Shown: one piece after another, positions 1 to 11,770 of the stretch | Layout of the letters: each line of letters opens with the position of its first letter | How positions within the stretch are numbered: position 1 is the first letter of the stretch | Source: Paraspadella gotoi | Lineage: Eukaryota > Animalia > Chaetognatha | Direction: 5' to 3' | Assembly (NCBI GenBank): GCA_051294375.1 | Contig: CM119268.1 | Coordinates: forward strand, 9,607,216 to 9,671,215 | Length of the DNA stretch: 64,000 nt | Notes under the pieces: generated by a model | What the model was told of the DNA's origin: nothing | The model's input: the letters and a program-made list of their open reading frames with translations, nothing else | The model's database searches: none | Translations under genes and position numbers: made by a program

Positions 1-407
1 TAAAATCACCTTTTAAAAACAAAAATGATAGACCCCTACAATACTATACTTGAAAAATTCCCGGCCGTTTTATTTTTCTCTCCATTAAATAATACAATAC
101 TTTCTTTCATATATTTAACATTTAGGTTCTCGATCTGGATCCACGCACGCGATCCAAGTTGAAAGTTTAAACAAAAGTTTCGATTTAAGAAAAAGACTCA
201 GCGGTTTGAATCGTAACCCGTCAATCGGGTCCACCAAGATTTAGGCGGTACTGGATTTTCTTCTCTCTCTTCTCTCTCTCTTTCTTTGGCAAAAAAAATA
301 TTATTACCAGTATTGCCTTCGAAATTGGGGAAGTTCGAAATTCTAAAAAAAAATTGTCTCCGATGATATTTTTTCTCCCCGGTCTCGATCCCCTGACCAC
401 TTCGACC

Positions 408-2183
408 ATGCGCTCGTCGGTTTTCTCCCCCCCGCACCTCCTCTTCCCGGTCGCGCTCATCCTGACGACCAACTTGGCGCTGGCAGTCTCCTCGTCGCGC
501 CTGGACTTCCGGACTCACCAACGCGTCAACCCCAACTGCCTGCTCTTCTCCTCGGCCGGAGAGGCGTTCAACCTGCAACTGGCCGTCGAGGCGTCGAAAC
601 ACCGCCTCTTCAACGTGACCGACGCCGGCGTGGAGGCCTTTTCCTACTTATACGAACCCTGCCGACCCTTTGTGCCCGGCGATGACCCCATGAGCTCAAA
701 CATGGGAAAGTTCCTCGCCTGGCAGATCATTCGACCCTTCGGAGTTTCGAAAGGGATCTACGAGCCGATCGGACGCGACCCAAAGCTGCTGGAGGTGGAC
801 GAGGACGGGAGGCGCGACTATTACGTGGAAATGACGGCCGGGTTCCGGAGAACCGTGGTCAAGCTCGTCTGCGATCCAAGCACCGGTGTCCGTGGCGAAC
901 CTTGGTTCGTCTCCTGGGGCGAGAATCCCAGAAACGTCTACAACTTCGAACTGGGACACTTGTGCGCTTGCGCGAACGGGTGTCCGGTCATCACTCCAGG
1001 TAAGGAGCGACTGTTTTCGAAGTTACGGGGTAAGTCGGCCAAGGGTGAGGCGGTTAGTGTGCCTCCTTAGGCTTAGCGATTTGTACTGACTTGGGTTTTG
1101 CGCCCTGCACGGCTGGTAACAAATAGAGGGGGATAGAGTGGATCCTAAATTGACGACGACAAATATCTTTACTTTAGGCTAAGTCCTTGCGTAACGTCAA
1201 GTCACGTTTTTTTTTTTCAGTTTTAAAATCCGGTTTTTCGATTAGGCTTTGTTTTCACACTCGAAAAAAATTAATATTCTGCCGTTTTAAAACTCTTACG
1301 TAACTTTTATATAAATCTTTCCCTATATTTTTATTATATAACAAAATTTTGTTTTTAAACAAAATTAGACTAATTAAAATTAGTTATTAATGTATAAAAA
1401 TCTTAAAACACCAAGAAAATTACGTTTAAAAACGTATAGGATTAGGTTTATAAATTTTTGGAATTAAAACCATGTTTTCATTGATCCGGTTTTGAAGGGA
1501 ACATTATAATTTTTTTTAGCTTTTCTCTTTTCTTCATTCCTTTTTTTTTCTAATATTTTCTTTTTAAATTTCTTTTAACGACAGCGTTAAACTTGGTTCT
1601 ACGTCCTTTCATTTAGTATGAAAATCAAGTGTAGTCTTGTGTAAAAAAAAACAAAAACCGCGCCACTTTATATCAGCCTTTAAAAATGCCATTTTATATT
1701 TTGATTTTTTTAGCATACTTTATGAAAAAATTAAGTTATTTAAAAAATAAAGAGTTTGGTTTAAATTTTATAAAGATTAGGCTATCCGTTCAGGAGCAAT
1801 AATTTATTATACAACAAAGCTAAACTTGAATTTAAAGTTATTAAGTGGCCCGTTTTTTTTTTGCACACGAGTGAAAAATATTTTTTGTTACTTTCTTACC
1901 AACTCCCGGGATTCACTGGCCTTTCTACCCTCCCTACACAGAGATGACCTTCAAAGTGCTGGTGTTCAGCGCCGTCACAGCCGTCATCATCATCATCATC
2001 ATCGTCATTTACCGATTGAACAGAAAGGGCGACTGCAGCGGTGGCGGCCGCGGTCTCGATTCCATAAACGAATCTGTGGCCAGCAAAGAATCTTGGTTCT
2101 CGTCGGCGGTTAGAGAGGACGCAGTCTCCCTCGTTAATTCGGAGGGCGACGCCAAAACGGAAAAGACTTACGACTCAGTCTGA
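408..2183 (+). CDS. MRH-domain type I membrane protein (cation-dependent mannose-6-phosphate receptor/ATG27-like); exons 408-999, 1942-2183
   Basis: Signal peptide; MRH-like motifs YLYEPC, AWQ, RRTVVKLVCD, GE..VYNFELGHLCAC; phase-1 GT-AG join (CCAG|gtaagg ... tacacag|AG) to an exon with a TM helix (VLVFSAVTAVIIIIIIVIY) and a cytosolic tail ending YDSV (YxxPhi). Confidence 0.75.
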
Positions 2184-2551
2184 TCGATGTTCAATTCTCG
2201 TTAGTCTTTATGATATACAAATTTTGAGAATGAGAAGGAAACCATCGTGGCCTGTATCATCTCGGATAGTTAAAAGCGGGTATGATCCAGAGTCGATAAC
2301 TAGTGACCACATTGAAATATTGGTTTTTTCTGTGGCTCGGGGAATGCTTTTTGTACAGAGCTTTCGTTTTAATTAACCCGTGGTTTGTTTTTGTTTTTGT
2401 ATTTTCTAAAACGGCGCAATGATTAGTTATTGTTACTTTCTTTTAATAAATAGTTTTGTTTCAGCGCGATTTGAATCACTATGATGAATATACATAAATA
2501 TTAACATAACTATGTCTAGATATTTTGCCTTGAACTTAAGAGAAAGAAAAT

Positions 2552-4901
2552 TTAAATTAACTCGGCTAACGAAAAAGAAACTGTTTTTTTTTTACGAACG
2601 TGAATTTGGTTTGGATTTGATGAAGAATTATTCCAAAAAGAAGTCGAGACTTAACTAATTAACCTTGAGAAGACCTAATACTGCAGAGAAACAAATTTTT
2701 TTTGCTAGCCCTGGGACCCCCTGAAAGCCAAGCTTATTTCAGTCCCTAACTATTGACAACATAGTAAGAATAAAGTTTTAAAAATCACATATTATCATAA
2801 GAGCCAAAGCTCCTGCGCTTTGTGTAGGGTGTCTACCAAACGCCACTACTACTACTACTACTACTACCTCATATACCTCAATTCTACATCTTGATCATAT
2901 TATTATATTCTGGTGGTCCTATCACCACAGATGGATTAAAGCTGTTTCTTTCGCAGCGCCTCAGTGGCTCAGTGGACTAATGCACCATCCCAATATGCGT
3001 CCCTGGTTCGAGCCCTGAGGTTGTCATGTAGAAAGTGGGATGGACCGGGTAACCCGCCTGTAGGCATGGGCCTACTGCCAGATCCAAAGCTCTGGACTAC
3101 ATGAACATGCTGTCTCGCTGTCGCCACGAGGTGACACCGCTGCGGGTGTGGCGCCCTGTAAAACCAGCCTCTTCAATATTATTATATATTTTAAGATTAG
3201 TATAAAATGTGGCAATGATGACATACGATAAAGTCTTCATTCTTCCCAATTTACATTGGTCTGTCAAAATTTCATCTGGCTTTACAAGAGCGAGATATCG
3301 TCTCATCAAACTCAACCTGAAATGACCTGATAATTGACCACATAAAAGGTGAGGTTCCTATACTTTAGGCACTCTTGCTGTATGAATATATTAAATCAAT
3401 TTTTCAAATTTCGTTAAATGATTTACCTTGAATTCCAAGTGGTTGTAAACCTCTTACATCTAGAATAACCAGTGAAACCTGTTTTCTGGGGGTAGAAAAT
3501 CTCTTTATCAAGGGCAGTTGTGGGTGCCAAGCCAAAACCATAGAGTCAGCAACATTTAAAGCATTTAGAAATTACTGATTTATAAACTAACATATTTTAT
3601 AATAAACATATTTTCTTTGAATTATCATACTCTCAGAGACAAAAAATTCTTAAACCTTTTTTTGTGTTGTGAAAATTTTGATTTTATGGAAAACTTTTAT
3701 GGAAAGCTGCAGAAATTGTTGTATTCATAGTTAATATTTTTGAGAATCTTTTATAGCTCGGTATGGCGTTAAATTAACTCGGCTAATGAAAAAAACTGTT
3801 TTTGTTCTGTTTTTTTTTTTTTTACGATCGTGACTTTGGTTAGGATTTGATGAAGAATTATTCAAAAAAGATGTCGAGACCTAACTAATTAACCTTGAGA
3901 AGACCTAATACTCAGTGGCGGGTAGAGAAACAAATTTTTTTGTTGCTGACCCTGGGCCCCCCTGAAAGCCAAGCTTATTTCAGTCCCTAACTATTGAAAA
4001 CTTAGTAAGAATAAAGTTTTAAAAATCACATATTCTCATAATATGCTTGTATTTTAAGATTTCCTACTGCTACAAAAATACAAAATTAAAAGTTATTATT
4101 TTTTTTTATTTCTTCATATAAATTTTGTTTTACCCCATGAAGTTTTCCCGGGCCCCTGTAAGAGCCTAGGCCCCTGGGCTTTGTGTAGGGTGTCTAACTT
4201 TACAACTACTACTATCTACTACTACTAATATATACCTCAAATCTACATCTTGAACATATTATTATTATCATATATTTTAAGATTAGTATAAAATGTGGTA
4301 ATGATGACATACGATAAAGTTTTCATTCTTCCCAAACTTTATCTTGGTTCTTCAAAATTTCATCTGGCTTTACAAGAGCGAGATGTCATCTCATCAAACT
4401 CAACCAGACTTGACCTGAATTGACCTGATAATTGACCACATAAAAGGTGAGGTTCCTATATTTTAGGCACTCTTGCTGTATGAATATTGAATATATTAAA
4501 TCAATTTTTCAAATTTCGTTAAATGCTTTACCTTGAATTCCAAGTGGTTGTAAACCTCTTACATCTAGAATAATCAGTGAAACCAGTTTTCTGGGGGTAG
4601 AAAAACGCTTTGCCAAGGGCAGTTGTGGGTGCCAAGCGAAGCTTTCAAAACCATAGAGTCAGAAACATTTAAAGCCTTTGGAAATAATTGATTTATAAAC
4701 TAAAATATTTGATAATAATCTTTTTTTTTTGGAATTGTCATAGAGAGAAAAAATTCTTAAACCCTTTTTTGAGTTGCGATAATTTTGATGTAGTGTTCAG
4801 TCACTTATCTCTATTTATTACGACTTTTATGGAAAGCTACAGAAATAGTTGTTGGATTCTTAGTTAATATTTTCGAGAATCTTTTATAGCTCGGTATGGC
4901 G
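2552..4901. repeat. Diverged tandem duplication of a ~1.1 kb transposon-like unit (copy 1 ~2552-3768, copy 2 ~3769-4901)
   Basis: Both copies start taaattaactcggctaa and end tatagctcggtatggcgt, with collinear blocks (e.g. ttgaccacataaaaggtgaggttcctata). Confidence 0.9.
2909..3176 (+). mobile_element. tRNA-derived SINE inserted in copy 1 of the duplication
   Basis: A box TGGCTCAGTGG, B box GGTTCGAGCC, acceptor-like stem GCCTCAG/CTGAGGT (2958-3021); absent from copy 2; flanked by atattattata on both sides. Confidence 0.75.
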
Positions 4902-5477
4902 TATCTAATTTAAAGATTTTTTTCTTTGGTCACTTTTTATCAATGCCTAACGAACAACGTTAAAAAGTAAAATAAACTTTAACCTCGACGAGCATTAAAT
5001 GCAGATCCTCCTAAAACTCAGAAAATAGAGTTTTATAGGTAAGGATGGTAGAGCAATTTGAAAGTTTTTAAATTTGAACTTCAGCACAGATCATCCATAT
5101 ATTTATCAATGACTTTTCGTGACCTTGAATAAAAGAAAAGGCCAAAGTTAATGTCAAGGTTCTTTAAACGAGTTATCGCTTTAGATCTGGTTTTCAAGGA
5201 ATTCGAACAAACCGAGAATTGAAGAAAAACCACAATCTTCGAAAAGTTAAACAATTTATTAATTGTATTATATTATTATTTATTACTATGTGTACTGTTA
5301 AAGAGTAAAAGAACCAGACTGATAGTTATGAACATTATGTATCTCAAGTATATATTGTTGTTACAAAGTTCCGAAACTCGTATAAACTGGAGGTTCGGTT
5401 GATGCGACGGCGGAGGCGGCGACGTATGAAAAAAAGTTTCGTGTCATGTCTCTTGTCGTTTTCTTCTTCGTGTATTT

Positions 5478-5595
<118 letters not shown>

Positions 5596-6021
5596 CCCGG
5601 GTGTCATGGATTCGCAAAGACTTAAAGGTTTCTGGCCTGAAATTTGACCAAACGGTGTTTTTATTTCTCATTCGTTCCTCCTTCCTTCCTCTCTGACACG
5701 ACGACGAAATCTCTTTTATATTCCGGGGAGTGGGATTGAAAGCATTTTTACAATTTACTTTTACGACAAGTAACAACAAAGGTTTTTTTTTTAAATTTTA
5801 TCGCGATTCGTCGGCCTCGCTGGCGTGGGAATTTTTCAATCGGTGAAGATTGTGCACCAAAAAAAAAAAAATTAGGACTTTGTGAAAGTGGAATAGTTTC
5901 TTTTTATTTCCGTTCTGCTAAACTCAAATTTCCAAATCGATAATTAAATGAGCTCGCCAGTCGCCACACCTTACTTTAATTATTGTGTTATAATCCTTTC
6001 TTTTGTTGTCATGTAGATTAG

Positions 6022-6152
6022 AGGCAAAGTTTAAAATTATTAGCAACAACAAATTATTTTCAATTTAGTTGACGCTTGTACATAAAGGCGAAACATTTAC
6101 GTTTTCTTTTGAAAATAAATTGTTGTTGCTAATTTAATTTCAAACTTTGCCT
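6022..6152. mobile_element. Small foldback MITE
   Basis: Inverted arms aggcaaagttt..ttagcaacaac / gttgttgctaa..aaactttgcct, flanked by ttag/ttaa. Confidence 0.65.
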
Positions 6153-6488
6153 TTAAAAATAGTAAAAATAAAATAACTCAAATCGAGTACAAGCCAACAG
6201 TCCCTTTGATCATGAGATTTTAAGAAACAGGTTAACGTAACTGGTCATAGGTGAAGATTATTTTTCACGAAAAAAACCTAAATTATTCCGCGTGTTTGGT
6301 TCTTGAGTTGTCTATATCTTGTTTCGCGATCTTACTGAGAGAGAGATAAGGAGATAGGAACGGAGCAAGGAAAGGAGAAATAGAAAAAGAAAGGAAGATA
6401 AGATATCTATAAGGTAAGCTTGGGTGTGCCCATGCTTTTTGCTCCCCTGGGGAGCAGAAGGAGTGGGGGATGCAGTGAAAGAAAAAAA

Positions 6489-6506
6489 AGAGAGAGAGAG
6501 AGAATT

Positions 6507-6550
<44 letters not shown>

Positions 6551-6683
6551 TGAAAAGAATCCGCTTAGAAAGAGACCCTTGAAAAAAAAACTCTAAATTG
6601 AATCAATTTGTTGGGAGTCGGATGAAATATTCACCTTCGCTTTCGCTTCTGTCGGTTTCAACACCTTTTGGTCGGGTGGGAGT

Positions 6684-6751
<68 letters not shown>
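6489..6751. repeat. Two (GA)n microsatellites (6489-6550, 6689-6751)
   Basis: Dinucleotide runs. Confidence 0.95.
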
Positions 6752-6755
<4 letters not shown>

Positions 6756-7149
6756 AGAGGTGAGATGAGAAGCAAGAAAAGAAAGCAAAGCAAGCATCAA
6801 CCAAGCCTATGCTAAAAAAAAAGCGCGGGTGCCCAGAGAGAGAGAGAGCGCAAGAGAGCGCGAGAAGCGCGGCTACTTTTTTTAATGATTTTGGCTTCCC
6901 TTGATTATGAACCATTACATTCTCTCTTTTTTTTGTGAATTCTATACACAGGAAAACTTTTCGAACACGAACCTAAAAACACTCAGTCGTTTCTCTGACG
7001 GAAGTTAACTTAATTGGAACTTTTTTTTAAATCCGGTGCCTCCATCGACATTACTTAATTGTATTCTTTATTATTTATTAATTAATTAAATCGAGTGCTA
7101 AAGTCGGCTTTGACGAGACGGTTTGGACTAGATCTCGGCGCCACAGCCA

Positions 7150-9493
7150 ATGGCTGCTGCGGATTTGGCGATTCTCTTCTCATTTTTGCTGCACCTCACA
7201 ACGACGTCGACGCTGGAGTGTTACAGGTAAAAATGTGTGTGAAAATAACATTGTAGATATATTGAAAATATTGTACAGCGATCGTTATAATAAAAGATTT
7301 GTTCGTGAAGGAAAATCGTAAACCTTTCGTCCCATTCACATCATACCACAAAGTGATTTTTATAATTTGACGTAGGTGTCGCTTCATGAACGAATGGTAC
7401 GACTCGATTAAGCAGACGGCCTGGTGTCAAAGATGCGCCTGCCACGAAAATGCGGCAGACGGGAAATGCGCCTGCATGACCACGACGCTCGGACAGGTCA
7501 GCGACAGTATACCGTAGGCGTTTTAATCAATATGAACAGCAAGAATTTGTTTGTTAATTTTTTTTTATCGCAGGTGACTGTAAAGGATTGCGTCAAATTG
7601 AATTCTCACGCCAGCAAATCTCCCGCCGCCGACGAGACTGATGTGATACGCGGCTCCGCTGCTGCCGAATTGTGCCGCGACGCCATCTTGGATTTTACCA
7701 TAGGTATTTTGATTTCTGTGATAATTACACCTAAAAAATTTTTGTTATTTCGTCGTAATGTATTTAATGATATTTACATTGATCTTTTTTTTCTTCTCAT
7801 TCAGTTTGGAATTTTCGACGTCCATTACGACCGAGCCAAAATCACTCCATGTTTTGGGAAATGAAGTGCTATCAGGTACTTTGATCGATGACAGATAAAC
7901 GATGACGACGACGACGACGACATTTAGAACGACGTCAATAAAAGGTCTCCCCCTGCCATGACGATGGATAACCCTTTACGAAAGTGATCGAAAGTGTTGG
8001 CTATAGACTGAAGACCGAGGAAGGCGTTTGGATCGAGACAGGGGGGGGGGTGGCCGACGGGGTTGACGTGATAGCCTTGGGCGATAGACGTACGAGGTAC
8101 TACGAAGGATACTAGCAGGTTACTTCTCACTACTCACGATGCAACGATTAATCACGACGTCGCGAGAAAATATCACCGGCTGAGCCGATATAACCACTTC
8201 CGGCCGAGTAATTCGTGTCCCATCATTGAGAGACCATTAGTCATTGGCGGACGTTTCGACGACTTCCACATGAAAGATGATTAGTAAGGCGTAGTGAAAG
8301 TTACATACGAAAATTCTAAAAGTCAATTATGAACAACTACATCAATAAACATTAATTTGTAAAATAATTAATTTTATGTTTTTTAATTTTCGCAGTAGGC
8401 TATATTTATATATAGTACTATCCTTATAAAATCGAAAAAATTCAAAATAGGCTTTTCTTAATTTTGATTGTAGATTTGAATTCTCGTCAAAGTTGATAAG
8501 AAATATAAATCATTTTTTTTAAAATTCTTTCATTAAGTGGGTTAAAAATTAAAAAACTATATTTAATATATAAAAGTTAATTTTCAGCTTAAATATAGCT
8601 TTTTCTATATTTTTGACCCACTTAATGAAGCAATTTTTCAAAAAGAGTTTATTTCTTTTTTATCAACTTTTTATGACGAATCCAAATCTGGCAAAAAAAT
8701 CTTTAGAAAAACTGTTTTGAAATTTTAACATTTATTGGTTTAGTACTAGTATAAATATGGCCTACTGATAATTGTAAAATTTATTATAAATTTTTTTATT
8801 ACATAAATGTTCATTAGTATAATGTTGTTCGTTCCTCACTTTAGAATTTTAATTAAAGTTAATTTAGAAATTTTACTACGCCTTAATGATTAGCCAGAAG
8901 TCGCCATCCGACCGCACTGGTTCGGATACTGAGAATCATTCACCTAATGAACCTGACAATGGGTCCTTCTTAGAGCTGACTGTTTAACAAATTACAAAAC
9001 TTCCAAATGTCATAGTTATTATTCCTAAATAGTTTTTTTTTTTTTTCATTTTCTCTGTTTTTAATTCCAATCATACCTTTCTTTCCTTCTAAATTTGCAG
9101 GAAAAGTGTGCAGAATTTTCAAAAGTTGCTCTCTGTCGAAACTCTTTGTGCAATTCGCCTCGACAGGACGCCGCTGAGGCCCCGCCGCTTTCTCATCATC
9201 ATCATCATCGTCGACCTCATCGTTGTTGTGGCCCCGGACTTCTGAGAGAACCTTCATCAAAAAATGCCTGGAGCGATCGGAAGAGTCTCTTCGAAAACTC
9301 GGCCCTCCGGCGGCGACCAGGCATACCTCCGCCTCCGCAGCCGTTGCCGGCAACCGAGCCGCCGCGTCCGCCGTTTACTCTTCCTCAGTCATTTTGTTTC
9401 GTTGTTTTTGCCTCATTTGTTGTTGATGACAGGAACGGAATCAATTTCGTCAACAGATTTATAATTTTGCGTCGGTATTTATTATTGTATTAA
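7150..9493 (+). CDS. Ly6/uPAR (three-finger, quiver/sleepless-like) secreted protein; exons 7150-7226, 7376-7496, 7574-7703, 7805-7875, 9101-9493
   Basis: Signal peptide MAAADLAILFSFLLHLTTTST then LECYRC; Cys-rich body; closing LCRNSLCN motif; all four GT-AG junctions are phase-compatible. The C-terminal frame is uncertain. Confidence 0.7.
8285..8885. mobile_element. hAT-type MITE in Ly6 intron 4
   Basis: TIRs taaggcgtagtgaaa / ttttactacgcctta; perfect 8-bp TSD atgattag (8277-8284, 8886-8893); internally palindromic. Confidence 0.85.
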
Positions 9494-10016
9494 CTCTTCT
9501 TACTTTTTTTTGTTCTTTAAAATATTATAAAAAATGTTTGCAAAAAATAGAAATGTGCATATAAATTACGCGACCTTTTTCCCCTTTTTCTCCCATTTGT
9601 TTTGAAAGTTGGAAACTTTAAGTTAAATGTCGAAGTCTTAAAAACATCGAGTTTCCCATTTTTTTTGTTTGGGTTTCAATATTTCAGATTTGGTTCGGGT
9701 GAAATAAAAATAAAAAAAGAAGGAAGGAAATCTGGATTAAAAGAAAGAAGCAGTCTGGAAATGATTTTCTAAAAATCCCCGCTCTCTGAACCTTTTACGT
9801 ATGTTTTATTTAGCTCAGAGTTTGTTAAGAAAGAAGAAAAGAAAATAAGAATAATCCCGGACCGAAGTTAGAGTTCGTCTTGTTGAATGTTGAAATAAAC
9901 TAAACATCGGAATTTAGGACGGTAGTATATGAATCAGTTTGTATTTCGTTCTCTCTCTCTCTCTTTTCTTCTTTCCATCTCTTTTCTCAAAGAAAAGACA
10001 AGTAAAATCGACCTAC

Positions 10017-10467
10017 CGTTGTCGTTTAAGGTGTCCGACTTTAAATTCTTGGTGGAACTCGCAGCGACGCCAGACGAGCGTGTTGCTGCAGCGGCGACAG
10101 TAGCGGACGGCGCGGCGACAGTAGCGGACGGCGCCGCGACGGTCGAGGACGATCGAGACGGCGCATCTCCGCATTTAGCGTCGCCAACTTTGGAAGAATC
10201 GACGATCGACCCCGCTGCGGAACTCGCCGCCGAATGGGCGCCGCCAACTCCGTCCGAAGGACGAACTCTATTTTTCCGAAATAATTCCTTCAGAACGAAT
10301 ACGTTGGCTTTTTCGCGGCCGCTTCCGCCGCCGTCGCCGTCGCCGCCTTTCGATTTCGACTTTCGCGAAACCGGCGGCGTCGGCGGCGTCGGCTGCAGCG
10401 GAAGTCCGTTGCGCAGCATGCGACGCGGCGGGGGCGGCGAGGGTTGAGTCACCCAGGGGTTCTCCAT
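10017..10467 (-). CDS. Probable first coding exon of an unidentified gene (Pro/Ser/Ala-rich N-terminus, 150 aa)
   Basis: GC-rich ORF, start context gcgacgATGG (like delta-COP ttcgacgATGG), donor AACG|gtaggt; internal 21-nt repeat (VAAPSAT). No downstream exon found in the window. Confidence 0.5.
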
Positions 10468-11676
10468 CGTCGCAGGGTTGAGGGAGAGGGGTGTTATTAG
10501 AGAGCGGACGTTTGGAAAAGGTTGGTACAGCGTTTGAAAAGGGCAGCGGTAAAAAAATCTCAGCCAAAAAAAAAATAAATAAAGTGTTTTATTGTCAAAA
10601 CAGACGCTGGAGAAAAAAGTTATTTCGCTGGGGAATTCTAGCACGCGCCACTCGTTGCCATGGCGACCGTTAGAAATTGCAGCAGCCAATATTTTTTTTT
10701 TTAGACCGTGGGGTCGATGACTCTGGAGTAGGCGTGGCAAAGAAGACTGTTAGTGGGAGGGCGCTGAGACGCTTTAACGGCTCCGGAGAGGGGGGAGATG
10801 AGACGAGTAATGGGCGGGGACGGAGGGACCGAAAAAAATTGAGAGACTGAGAAACTGACTGGTGGGCGAATAGACAATGGCGACTCTATAAGAATAAGAC
10901 GCAGTGGAGACAGAGAGAAAACGAAGACGATGAAGACGACGAGAAGAATGAGAAGATTAAAAATCCCTCTTTTCGATCCCAAAGCCGAGACGTTCTCGAT
11001 TGAGCAATGGGATAGGCGAGAGGGGGAGGAAGGGGGGGGTAGAAGGATCTGAGAGAGGGTGGGGTCGAGGTAGTTCGGGCGAAGGGGAAGAGAGTTGAGT
11101 GCAGAATCAGAATCAGAAGACGACGGACGTAGAGACGGTAATAGAGGACGCGGGGAGTTTGAACGACTCTTGAACTCGCTCTCAGTCTTTAAAAAAGAAT
11201 TGGTTAAATTCGCACAATAATTTTTTAAATATTTGCGATACGCAACGCCAATCACGCGCGCGGAATTGAATGCGGCCGAAAAAGATCAGAGGGTTCGCGA
11301 AAAATAGGTCAACGATATCAAACGTCACGGAGAGAGGGGGGGAAAAAAAACTTGCGGGGCGTGGAGGCGAGAAAGCCGAACCGAAAATGTCACGTGATCA
11401 TCTCGAAAAGAGCAAAAGTGTCTACGAATGCGGCAAGATTCGAAAGTGGCTTCCGTCTCAGTTTTGTTTTTTTTTCTCTCTCGTTTTATATAAAGTTTGT
11501 CTTTTGTTTCGTTTTTGCTTCTCTTTTTTTTCCCCCTTTTGTTTGCTTCAATTTTTCAAAGAAAAAAAAAAATCCGAAGATGATATTTTTTTTTCCCTCG
11601 CAAATCCAACTGTTTCCATCCGACGCCACAAAACGAAATTCAACGAATTTTTTAGACAGAATTTTCTTTAGGGGAA

Positions 11677-11726
11677 AGAGAGAGAGAAAGGAGAGAGAAG
11701 AGAGAGAGAGAGAGAGAAGAGAGAGA

Positions 11727-11760
<34 letters not shown>

Positions 11761-11770
11761 AGAGAGAGAG
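11677..11770. repeat. Imperfect (GA)n microsatellite
   Basis: Purine dinucleotide run. Confidence 0.95.

Noticed and set aside
2958-3021. Functional tRNA gene
   Set aside because: The anticodon arm is degenerate, there is no poly-T terminator, and it continues into a SINE body.
9176-9178. TGA as selenocysteine or read-through linking to the GPI-like frame
   Set aside because: The upstream part of that frame is out of phase with exon 4 and lacks the CN motif; no SECIS recognised.
9929-10447. 172-aa plus-strand ORF
   Set aside because: Antisense shadow of the minus-strand exon, which has the better start context and donor.
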